DNA of 64,000 bases, taken from an archaeon SCG-AAA382B04 (lineage in GTDB: Archaea > Halobacteriota > Methanonatronarchaeia > Methanonatronarchaeales > Methanonatronarchaeaceae). Numbering within the stretch: the first letter of the stretch is position 1; every line of letters begins with the position of its first letter. The stretch spans positions 19,521-83,520 of the forward strand of contig PZKD01000125.1 of assembly GCA_003034855.1 (NCBI GenBank), in the 5' to 3' direction. A program made the translations under genes and the position numbers. Below the pieces are notes generated by a model. The model was not told where the DNA came from and made no database searches. It was given only the letters and a program-made list of their open reading frames with translations. Below, piece by piece: positions 41,496-49,538 of the stretch.

Positions 41496-41569
41496 ACTAA
41501 TACCAATATATTTTCTTGACGATACATTTATTATATACTTAAAACCAATATCTTTTGGTGGAATTAGCG

Positions 41570-41851
41570 ATGGAAACTCGTGACATGTTTTTAGCCTTCT
41601 TAATGGTTATATCTGTGATTGTTTTCTCATACGAATGGTTAACCACATTTTGGGGTCAATCAAATTCACTAATCGTGTTATCCGCAATTACACTTGTAGC
41701 ATCATTAGCTCTAATGATCCTATCTTTGAACAGTAAGTTGGATAAGATGGAAAAAAGGATTGATGAGAAGGAAAGATCATTGAGATTTAATATACAGAGC
41801 TTTGAAGAAGAAGTGGATGATAGATTAGATTCAATCAAGAAAAAGCTCTAG
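41570..41851 (+). CDS. hypothetical small membrane protein (two TM helices plus coiled-coil tail)
   Basis: METRDMFLAFLMVISVIVF...LIVLSAITLVASLALMILSL, then a K/E-rich tail. I prefer the ATG at 41570 over the track's TTG at 41555. Confidence 0.5.
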   Translation: METRDMFLAFLMVISVIVFSYEWLTTFWGQSNSLIVLSAITLVASLALMILSLNSKLDKMEKRIDEKERSLRFNIQSFEEEVDDRLDSIKKKL

Positions 41852-41992
41852 ACAAGATCTATGAACAAATAGAGCTATTCAGGTTGTTTTTTAATGTCGC
41901 TAAGCTCTCTAATTTTACAAATAAAATAAATATATTGGTTTAATCAGTAAAAAACAATTATAAAGGTTCAAGAACCGAACAAACTGTTAAAG

Positions 41993-42065
41993 GGCCGGGA
42001 CCGAGAATCGAACCCGGGTCGTGGCCTCCACAGGGCCACAGGATAACCATTACCCTATCCCGGCC
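41993..42065 (-). tRNA. tRNA-His(GUG) with genomically encoded G-1
   Basis: Reverse complement reads G GCCGGGA TA GGGT AATGGTT ATCC T GTGGC CTGTGGA GCCAC GAC CCGGG TTCGATT CTCGG TCCCGGC C. It has the 8-bp acceptor stem typical of tRNA-His. Confidence 0.9.
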
Positions 42066-42098
42066 ATTCAAAATCAAAAAATGAGACAAATATCTAAT

Positions 42099-42494
42099 CT
42101 AATTCTGGCCAACGCCTTCTGTGTAATCGTTTTTACAGCCAATGTCTAATTGGGAAGCCTCAAAGGAGTTTTCTGAAACCAATTTACCCGTTGCTTGAAC
42201 TGTTTTTCCTTCATCACTTTTTATTGGTCCGCCGGTTTTGTCAGTTGTAACCTGTATTTGGATACTTGGATCATCTTTGTCTCTTAGGGTGAATTTCATT
42301 CCGTTTTGGGTTGGTTCAACTGAATCTTCTTTTATTATCCCCATAGCTTGGACAGTTTTATCCATATAGGTAGTTTTGTTCTCCATTAGTTCTTTTACGG
42401 TTACTTTATTCTCTTGGGCTAGTGGGGCTCCTGAAAAAGCGAGGAGAAGGGCTATACCTATTGCTGCAAGCCCTAAGATGATTTTTTTATTCAT
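42099..42494 (-). CDS. ccmE: cytochrome c maturation heme chaperone CcmE, CxxxY variant
   Basis: 131 aa. N-terminal TM anchor, OB-fold-like body, C-terminal GCKNDY (Cys120..Tyr124) in place of the bacterial HxxxY. Confidence 0.75.
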   Translation of the reverse strand: MNKKIILGLAAIGIALLLAFSGAPLAQENKVTVKELMENKTTYMDKTVQAMGIIKEDSVEPTQNGMKFTLRDKDDPSIQIQVTTDKTGGPIKSDEGKTVQATGKLVSENSFEASQLDIGCKNDYTEGVGQN

Positions 42495-42618
42495 TTCTCT
42501 CTAACACCCTTATTTTTTCTTTGATTCTGTTTTGTTTTGTGGTTATGTAATACATATATCCAAATAGGATGATCCAAGTTATTAAGTTGGCAGCTAGGAG
42601 GTAATATAATTCATTCAT
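42487..42618 (-). CDS. ccmD: CcmD-like small membrane protein (43 aa)
   Basis: My own translation: MNELYYLLAANLITWIILFGYMYYITTKQNRIKEKIRVLERNE. Single TM helix plus a basic tail. It overlaps the ccmE start by 8 nt and lies between ccmC and ccmE. Confidence 0.5.
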   Translation of the reverse strand: MNELYYLLAANLITWIILFGYMYYITTKQNRIKEKIRVLERNE

Positions 42619-42653
42619 CTTCTATAACCTTTTTTGTCCTTATTTATACTAAT

Positions 42654-43325
42654 TTATTCGGTGTTGGTTCTTCTTCTATTTTTCTCTATCATTTGTACCT
42701 CGTCATGTGATTCAAATGTGTTTTTTCTTATTCTGAGAATGTATGTATAGAGTATTGTGTATGCTATCACTCCCACTATTAATCCATTTGCTATTGTTGA
42801 GGATATACCTCCTCCACCAGTTATTGGTTGAGGGTGTAAAGATATGGTTATTGACAAATATGATATTGGAACGCTTATGAATGCTATTATTCCGTAAACT
42901 GCGGATAATCTTGCTTTTCTCTCTTCACTCAAGGATCCTCTAAGAGTTAGATATGCCACATATATTATCCATGTGACTAATGTTGTTGTTAGTCTTGGAT
43001 CCCATCTCCACCAGACTCCCCATTCAGCTCTAGCCCAAATTGAACCTGTTATTAGAGTGAGAGCTGCAAATATTACTCCTATTTCTGCAGAAGCTGCTGC
43101 ATAATTGTCATATTTCCTATCTTCTTTTTTTAGATAAAATATGCTTGAAATCATTACTATGAAGAATGCTAAGTAGGCTATCCAGGCTAAAGGTACATGG
43201 AAAAACAACATCCTATATATGTCACCATTTTGTTGGAAGAAAGGTGATTTAATTAGAAAAGAGATTACTATTAGTGTTGAAATTGCTATTAGTGATAGAA
43301 TTCCTAGTGCTTTTTCTTTTTCCAT
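42654..43325 (-). CDS. ccmC: heme exporter/lyase subunit CcmC
   Basis: Trp-rich motif WGVWWRWDPRLT. I prefer the ATG at 43325 (MEKEKALG), 1 nt after the ccmB stop. The track uses the TTG at 43337. Confidence 0.9.
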   Translation of the reverse strand: MEKEKALGILSLIAISTLIVISFLIKSPFFQQNGDIYRMLFFHVPLAWIAYLAFFIVMISSIFYLKKEDRKYDNYAAASAEIGVIFAALTLITGSIWARAEWGVWWRWDPRLTTTLVTWIIYVAYLTLRGSLSEERKARLSAVYGIIAFISVPISYLSITISLHPQPITGGGGISSTIANGLIVGVIAYTILYTYILRIRKNTFESHDEVQMIEKNRRRTNTE

Positions 43326-43326
43326 C

Positions 43327-44007
43327 TTATCCCTCAATTACATAATTAAATGATAAAGCCGAAACCGTAAAGAAGATTATGTCATATGCGACCAAAATTC
43401 TTACCCAACCCCAAAATTGTCCATTTGCCGTTATTATGGATAATGTTGCTTCTACTGCTCCTATTATTATTGGAACTATGACAGGAAATAATAATACGGG
43501 TAATAACATTTCTCGTGTTTTAGTGTTCACTGAAACTGCTGATAACAGAGTTCCTACTGATACAAATCCAAATGTTCCTACAATAGTTATTAAAACGAAT
43601 TTTAGTGGACTTGTTATTATTTGGCCAAAATTGAATAATACTACAAATACTATTAGTGTTAATATTTCCATTATTGACATAAAGATTAGATTAGCTATTG
43701 TTTTTCCTATGTATATTGCGGACCAGTCTGTTGGTGCTAGCATCATTCCTTGAAGACAGCCTCTGTCTTTTTCTGAGATGAATGATCTTCCTAGTCCTAA
43801 CATACCGGCGAAGGTGAATGCTATCCATAAGACACCTGGAGCTATGGATTGAGTCATTTCTTGGTTAAACGTTCCAAATGCAAAGCTTGAGATTAATATA
43901 ACTAGTATTGAAAATATTAGCATTGTGTTGAGCATTTCTTTCATTCTCAGCTCGATGATTATGTCTTTCCAAACTATTGATTGAACTTTTTTTAGGTATT
44001 CATTCAT
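43327..44007 (-). CDS. ccmB: heme exporter membrane subunit CcmB
   Basis: Six-TM ABC-2-type permease between ccmA and ccmC. I prefer the ATG at 44007 (MNEYLKK), which overlaps the ccmA stop by 8 nt. The track start at 44067 overlaps it by 68 nt. Confidence 0.8.
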   Translation of the reverse strand: MNEYLKKVQSIVWKDIIIELRMKEMLNTMLIFSILVILISSFAFGTFNQEMTQSIAPGVLWIAFTFAGMLGLGRSFISEKDRGCLQGMMLAPTDWSAIYIGKTIANLIFMSIMEILTLIVFVVLFNFGQIITSPLKFVLITIVGTFGFVSVGTLLSAVSVNTKTREMLLPVLLFPVIVPIIIGAVEATLSIITANGQFWGWVRILVAYDIIFFTVSALSFNYVIEG

Positions 44008-44716
44008 TCTGTTGAACCTTCTGGTTATATATCTGTTTGAGTTCTTCGAATCCAATTTCTTCAGCATTTGCTTTGTACACTATTTCACCATCTACAAGAA
44101 TTGCCACTTGGCAGCATAGTTTTAGGCCTCTTTCAAGATTGTGAGTGGTTTGTAAGATCGTTCTGTCTTCAAATTTATCGAGAATTTGTTCTAGGGTTTC
44201 TGCAGCATGTTGATCTAATCCTGTGTAAGGTTCATCTAATAATAACACTAGTGGATCATGGAGCAATGCTCTAGATATAGATAATCTCTGTCTCATCCCC
44301 CTTGAAAAATCGGCGACCCGATCCTTTTCTCGATGTTCCAATCCTACTTTTTTTATTAGACTATTTATTCTCTTATCTAGGTTTTTTACGTTGTAGAGTT
44401 TTCCATAGAATTTTAGGTTTTCTTCAGCTTTTAAACCGTCATATAGATGTGTTTCATGTGATATAACTCCTATTTGGCTTCTTGCCCTCACCGGGTTGTT
44501 TAAAACGTCTATATTGTTTATTTTAGCTTCTCCAGAGCTAGGTTTCATTAAAGTTGAAAGAATTCTTATAAGTGTAGTCTTACCAGCTCCATTTGGACCA
44601 AAAAGTGTTAAAAAGTTATCTACTTTTAGATTAACTTGGTTAAGTGCGGTTGTCAGTCCAAAGTTTTTGCTTAGTCCTTTTATCTCAATGATTTTGGGTT
44701 TCCTCCTATTCTTCAA
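44000..44716 (-). CDS. ccmA: heme exporter ATP-binding subunit CcmA (ABC ATPase)
   Basis: 238 aa. Walker A GPNGAGKTT, signature FSRGMRQRLS, Walker B LLLDEP. Confidence 0.85.
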   Translation of the reverse strand: MKNRRKPKIIEIKGLSKNFGLTTALNQVNLKVDNFLTLFGPNGAGKTTLIRILSTLMKPSSGEAKINNIDVLNNPVRARSQIGVISHETHLYDGLKAEENLKFYGKLYNVKNLDKRINSLIKKVGLEHREKDRVADFSRGMRQRLSISRALLHDPLVLLLDEPYTGLDQHAAETLEQILDKFEDRTILQTTHNLERGLKLCCQVAILVDGEIVYKANAEEIGFEELKQIYNQKVQQNE

Positions 44717-44795
44717 TAAATTGTAAGTATATTAAGGAGTTAATACTAACAAAGTTTTTTTCTTATTTGAAAATATAGGTTGGGTTGAATAAGTT

Positions 44796-45251
44796 ATGGA
44801 TGAAGTCGACAAAAAAATATTAGATAGGATTCAATCCGATTTTCCTTTAGAGAAAAAACCCTTTGAGAGTTTAAGTGAAGAGCTTGGTGTTGGTGAAGAG
44901 GAGTTAATTAATAGAATAAGGGAGTTATTGGATGAGGGATACATTAGGAGAATTGGTCCTATTATAAATTCTAGGAAGATTGGGATGGTGGGAACTCTTG
45001 TTGCGGTGAAGGTTTCTGAGGATAGGGTTAAAGATGTTGCTGATTTTGTCTCTCAGTATTCAGAGGTAAGTCACAATTATAGGCGAGAACATGATTACAA
45101 TGTTTGGTTCACTATTTCTGCTGAGTCACGTGAGCGTATTGATGAAATTTTGGATGAGGTTAGTGAAAAAAGTGGTGTTGAAGAGATTATTGATTTACCT
45201 TCTAAAAGGATGTACAAGATTGGAGTTAGTTTCTCGTTAGCGGAGGAATAA
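44796..45251 (+). CDS. ahbA: siroheme decarboxylase subunit AhbA (Lrp/AsnC-like NirD/L family)
   Basis: 151 aa. N-terminal HTH (DKKILDRIQSDFPLEKKPF) and a C-terminal SHNYRR-type domain. Paired with ahbB. Confidence 0.8.
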   Translation: MDEVDKKILDRIQSDFPLEKKPFESLSEELGVGEEELINRIRELLDEGYIRRIGPIINSRKIGMVGTLVAVKVSEDRVKDVADFVSQYSEVSHNYRREHDYNVWFTISAESRERIDEILDEVSEKSGVEEIIDLPSKRMYKIGVSFSLAEE

Positions 45252-45254
45252 AGG

Positions 45255-45731
45255 ATGCTTGATTTGTCTGAGAAAGAAAGAAAGCTTTTGGTTGCGACTC
45301 AGGATGGTGTTCCGTTAGAAAAAAATCCGTTTGAAAAAATTGCTAGGGATTTAGGTCTCTCTACTCAAGAGGTTATAGAAACCTATAAGCGATTATTGGA
45401 TGAGAACAAAGTTAGGAGATTCGGTGCCTCCATTGCTCATAGAAAGGTTGGTGTATCTGTTAATGCTATGATTGTGTGGGATGTTCCTAATGAGGAGGTT
45501 ATGGAGATTGGTAAGAAAATAAGTTCTTTTGAAGAAGTTTCTCATTGCTATGAGAGGCCTAGAAAGAAAGATTGGAACTATAATTTGTTCACTATGGTTC
45601 ATAGAAAGAGCAAAGAGGAGTGCGAAGAAATTGCTCAAGAGATCTCAAATGAAGTTGGAATAGATGAATATGAAATGTTATATAGTTCAGAAGAATTCAA
45701 AAAAACTGGAGTGAAGATTCCTAAAAGATGA
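45255..45731 (+). CDS. ahbB: siroheme decarboxylase subunit AhbB (NirG/H family)
   Basis: 158 aa paralog of AhbA (LLVATQDGVPLEKNPF ... VSHCYERP). Confidence 0.8.
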   Translation: MLDLSEKERKLLVATQDGVPLEKNPFEKIARDLGLSTQEVIETYKRLLDENKVRRFGASIAHRKVGVSVNAMIVWDVPNEEVMEIGKKISSFEEVSHCYERPRKKDWNYNLFTMVHRKSKEECEEIAQEISNEVGIDEYEMLYSSEEFKKTGVKIPKR

Positions 45732-46354
45732 AGCCGATTATTGTTTCTTTCGAGAATAAGAAGGTAGTTATTTTTGGAGGTGGAAAGGTAGGTAGAAGAA
45801 AGGCTAAGTTTTTTGAAGACGAAGCTCGTGTTTTGGTTATTAGTAAAGATTTCGTTGAGGGTTTTGAAGAACTAGATGTGGATCTCATTGAAAAAGAGAT
45901 AGGTGTTGATGAAATTGATGGATACATCGCTGATGCTTTTTTAGTTGTTACGGCTACTGATAACGTTGAGTTAAATAAAGAAATAGCTGATAGGGCTAAA
46001 CGAAGAGATGTATTGGTTAATAGAGTAGGGGAAGAAAGAGGAGATGTGATTTTGCCATCTACTATACAAAACAATTTTTTAATAGCTATATCGACACTAG
46101 GGAAAAGTCCAGGTTTTTGTAAATTCTTAAGGAAGGATTTAGAGCAATATTTGGGAAAAGAATTCGATTTGATGGTTAGGTTACAAAGTGAGATAAGAGA
46201 AAAACTTAAGGAAACAATTGATTCACAAGATAAAAGAAGAGAGATTTTGTGGAAGATTTTGGAGGATGAAGAGATTTGGGATTTATTAGGAAAAAATTTT
46301 TACGACAAAGCGGTAAATAGAAGTGAGAAAATCATAGGAGAGGAAGATGGTTAA
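45728..46354 (+). CDS. precorrin-2 dehydrogenase / sirohydrochlorin ferrochelatase (SirC/CysG N-terminal type)
   Basis: 208 aa. Rossmann motif VVIFGGGKVGRRK. Lies between ahbB and hemA. Confidence 0.8.
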   Translation: MKPIIVSFENKKVVIFGGGKVGRRKAKFFEDEARVLVISKDFVEGFEELDVDLIEKEIGVDEIDGYIADAFLVVTATDNVELNKEIADRAKRRDVLVNRVGEERGDVILPSTIQNNFLIAISTLGKSPGFCKFLRKDLEQYLGKEFDLMVRLQSEIREKLKETIDSQDKRREILWKILEDEEIWDLLGKNFYDKAVNRSEKIIGEEDG

Positions 46355-47609
46355 TGTCTTAGAGATGGTGGTGTCTCATAAATGGGCAGATGTGGAAGAA
46401 TTGGAATGCGCCACTTTAGGTGACTCTAAATCTGTTATAAATGAACTGTATTCTAAGCCTGAAATCGAGGAATGTGCTATTATTAGTACATGTAACCGTG
46501 TAGAATTAATTGTTGTTCCAAATACCTCTTTAAAAAGAGCTAGATCAATATTAAAAGAATTTGCTCAACCCAGGGTTGATATAGACTTGGATGAGATAGC
46601 TAGGTTTTTTGCTGGAGAAAAATTACTTAGGCATCTATTGAGGCTATCCGCGGGTCTTGAGTCTCTGGTGGTAGGAGAAGACCAAATACTTGGACAAGTA
46701 AAAGACTTATATAATGAGGCAAAAGATAATGATACACTTGGTCCAGTTTTATCTTTAGCTTTTGAAAAAGCTATTAATATTGGAAAAAAGGTTAGAAACG
46801 AAACAAAGATTAATGATGGATTTGTCTCAATGGGTTCAGTGGCTGTTGATTTAGCTGAGAAGATTCTAGGAGATCTGGAGGATAAGAAAGCTCTATTAGT
46901 TGGAGCAGGTGAGATGGCTTCAATCATGGCTAAGTGTCTAAGAGATCGAAACATCGAAGAGTTGATAATTACTAACAGAACTCTTGAGAGGGCCAAGGAG
47001 CTCGCTAAAGAAGTTGAAGGAAAACCAATTGGGTTTGACGAATATGGTGATTATCTTTCAGAAATTGATATTTTGATGACTGCTACTGGAGCACCTCATC
47101 CTATAATCAAAAAAGAGGATTTGGAAAAAAACAAAAAAAATGATTTGGTCATAATTGACATTTCTAATCCTAGAGATGTTGAAGAGGATGTTAGTGATTT
47201 AGAAAACGTTTCTTATCATGATATTGATGGATTAAGGGGAGTTACTGAGCAAAATAAGAAAAAAAGAGAACAAGAGGCAAGACAAGCAGAAGAAATAATT
47301 GCAGAGGAGCTTGATAATTTATTGGATCAGTATAAAGAAAAGGAAGCGGAAGATTTAATTGCTAGCTTACATGAAAGGGCGCATAAAATACGTATTCGAG
47401 AAAGAGATAAGGCATTGAATAAGTTATCTCTAAATAACGAAGACAAACAAATTATTGAGGATTTAACTAGGTCTATCGTTAACAAAATATTGTCTGATCC
47501 AACCCATCACCTCAAAAGAGCTGCCTCAAATGGAAACAAAGAAACCCTGGAATCGATGTATGAAATGTTTAACCTGAGGGAAAAAGATGAAGACTCTGGC
47601 AGTAACTAG
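46347..47609 (+). CDS. hemA: glutamyl-tRNA reductase
   Basis: 420 aa. STCNRVE active-site motif, GEDQILGQVK, and the NADPH site LVGAGEMA. Confidence 0.95.
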   Translation: MVNVLEMVVSHKWADVEELECATLGDSKSVINELYSKPEIEECAIISTCNRVELIVVPNTSLKRARSILKEFAQPRVDIDLDEIARFFAGEKLLRHLLRLSAGLESLVVGEDQILGQVKDLYNEAKDNDTLGPVLSLAFEKAINIGKKVRNETKINDGFVSMGSVAVDLAEKILGDLEDKKALLVGAGEMASIMAKCLRDRNIEELIITNRTLERAKELAKEVEGKPIGFDEYGDYLSEIDILMTATGAPHPIIKKEDLEKNKKNDLVIIDISNPRDVEEDVSDLENVSYHDIDGLRGVTEQNKKKREQEARQAEEIIAEELDNLLDQYKEKEAEDLIASLHERAHKIRIRERDKALNKLSLNNEDKQIIEDLTRSIVNKILSDPTHHLKRAASNGNKETLESMYEMFNLREKDEDSGSN

Positions 47610-48354
47610 GCCTAAAAATTCATTAAAGGAATCCAAGAAAATCGTAGATGAATTTGGATTCGATTTTTATGCTGCTCCTACTATCGATTTATTTCCAAAG
47701 GAAAGTGAGGATCTAGAAAAACTTAAATTTAATATAAAACAGGGAAAAGCTGATTTTGTAATTTTTACTAGTAAAAATGGAACTAGGTTCTTTTTTGAAG
47801 AATTAGGTGGTGGTGGATTAATCGAAGAATTAAATAAAATTAGAACTATTGCGATTGGTCCAAAAACTGCTAAAAAATTAAAGAAATATTTGGATGAAGT
47901 AGAAGTTCCCAAAAAATATTCTTCCTCAGGTTTGGTGAACTATCTTAGTGGTGAGGTAAAAGGTAAGATAGTGGAAATTGCAAGAAGCTCACATGGTAGT
48001 GAGATTTTGGTTGAAGGATTAGAGCAAAACAATGCAATTGTCCATGATGTTTCTTTATACGAGATAGGTCTTCCAAAAGACACCTCCAAGATAAAGGAAC
48101 TGATTGAGAAAACATTGAATAAAGAAATAGATGTGTTAACCTTCACTAGTAAAATGACTTTCGTTAATTTCATGAAGGTTGCACAGGATTTAGGGAAGAA
48201 AAATGAATTAATTGAGGCACTGAATGATGTAACTATTGCAGCGATTGGTGAGCCCACTAAGAGTAAAATTAATGAATATGGAGTGAGTAATGTAGTTGCC
48301 CCTCAAGAATATACTTTTAAAAATATGATAAACACGGTGGTTAAAGAAAATTGA
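47587..48354 (+). CDS. hemD: uroporphyrinogen-III synthase
   Basis: 255 aa HemD-like two-domain sequence (FTSKNGTRFFFE, FTSKMTFVNF). Follows hemA. Confidence 0.8.
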   Translation: MKTLAVTRPKNSLKESKKIVDEFGFDFYAAPTIDLFPKESEDLEKLKFNIKQGKADFVIFTSKNGTRFFFEELGGGGLIEELNKIRTIAIGPKTAKKLKKYLDEVEVPKKYSSSGLVNYLSGEVKGKIVEIARSSHGSEILVEGLEQNNAIVHDVSLYEIGLPKDTSKIKELIEKTLNKEIDVLTFTSKMTFVNFMKVAQDLGKKNELIEALNDVTIAAIGEPTKSKINEYGVSNVVAPQEYTFKNMINTVVKEN

Positions 48355-49538
48355 TAATATTCTCAAAATTATTAGGAGATAAAGCAACTGTTTATGATGC
48401 TTTAAGAGCTCAAAAGAGAAAATCAAAAAACGCTGATGATGACTTGATTAGGTTTTCAAGTGATATCAAACCTGTTGTTATGTGGAATATTACGAGAAAT
48501 TGTAATCTAGCTTGTGAACATTGTTATTTAGATGCAAGAGAACCACATCCAGATGAATTAACCAAAGAAGAAGGTTTTGATTTTATTGATGATTTAGCTG
48601 AATTAGGAGCTCCAATGGTTATATTAACTGGTGGAGAGCCATTAGCAAGTGATAACTTTTTTGATTATGCGAATTATGCTAAAGAAAAAGGACTTAGAGC
48701 TGTTGTATCTACCAATGGGACAATGATAACTCCTGAAGCAGCTGAAAAAATGAAAGAGGCTGATATGAGATATGTTGGTGTAAGTTTAGATGCGGGAACA
48801 CCTGAAAAGCATGATGAATTTAGAGGAATTGAAGGATCATTTGAAAAGGCTGTTCAAGGAATTAGAAATGCTAGAGATGCTGGCTTAAGAACAGGAGTTC
48901 GCTTAACATTAAACAAAATGAATTGGGATGAGGTTCCAGATTTAATGGACCTAGCTCTAGAAGAGAATATTCCAAGGTTCTGTATCTATCACTTAGTTCC
49001 TACGGGAAGAGGCGAGGATATTATGGATATGGATATCACTCTAGAGCAACGTAAAAAGGTCTTGGATTACTTATTTGACAAAACTCTTGAGTTGAGAGAT
49101 CAAGATATTGAGATCTTAACAACCGATTCCCCGATGGATGGGGTTTATATCCTTGAAAGAATGAAAGAAGAAGGTTTCAGTGAAGAGAGAATTGAGAAAT
49201 CTAGGAAATTATTAGAGTTATCTGGAGGATGTTCTATTGGTAAGAAGGTTGCCAATGTAGATTATTTAGGAAATGTAAATCCATGTCATTTTGCTCCACA
49301 AAAGAAGGTTGGTAATATAAGGGAAAAGAAGTTTAGTGAAATTTGGAACGAAAACCCCAACGAGTTGCTGTGTGAGTTACGAAGTAAAGAAGAAAAATTA
49401 ATGGGTAAATGTGGCCAATGTGAATATAAAGACCTTTGTGGGGGATGTAGACAAAAAGCATGGTTCGATTCTGGTAGTTTCTTATCAGAAGATCCACAAT
49501 GCCTATATGATCCAGAAAAAGAAGAATTAAAATACTAG
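48351..49538 (+). CDS. radical SAM/SPASM enzyme of the alternative heme pathway (AhbC or AhbD, NirJ-like)
   Basis: 395 aa. CNLACEHC radical SAM motif and the C-terminal Cys cluster CGQCEYKDLCGGCR. It is the last gene of the ahb/hem cluster. Confidence 0.75.
   Translation: MIIFSKLLGDKATVYDALRAQKRKSKNADDDLIRFSSDIKPVVMWNITRNCNLACEHCYLDAREPHPDELTKEEGFDFIDDLAELGAPMVILTGGEPLASDNFFDYANYAKEKGLRAVVSTNGTMITPEAAEKMKEADMRYVGVSLDAGTPEKHDEFRGIEGSFEKAVQGIRNARDAGLRTGVRLTLNKMNWDEVPDLMDLALEENIPRFCIYHLVPTGRGEDIMDMDITLEQRKKVLDYLFDKTLELRDQDIEILTTDSPMDGVYILERMKEEGFSEERIEKSRKLLELSGGCSIGKKVANVDYLGNVNPCHFAPQKKVGNIREKKFSEIWNENPNELLCELRSKEEKLMGKCGQCEYKDLCGGCRQKAWFDSGSFLSEDPQCLYDPEKEELKY

Noticed and set aside
44776-44790. 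An iron-box-like sequence, ataggttgggttgaa, just upstream of ahbA.
   Set aside because: Only one half-site resembles TTAGGTT. The CCTAA partner arm is missing, so it is not a palindrome.
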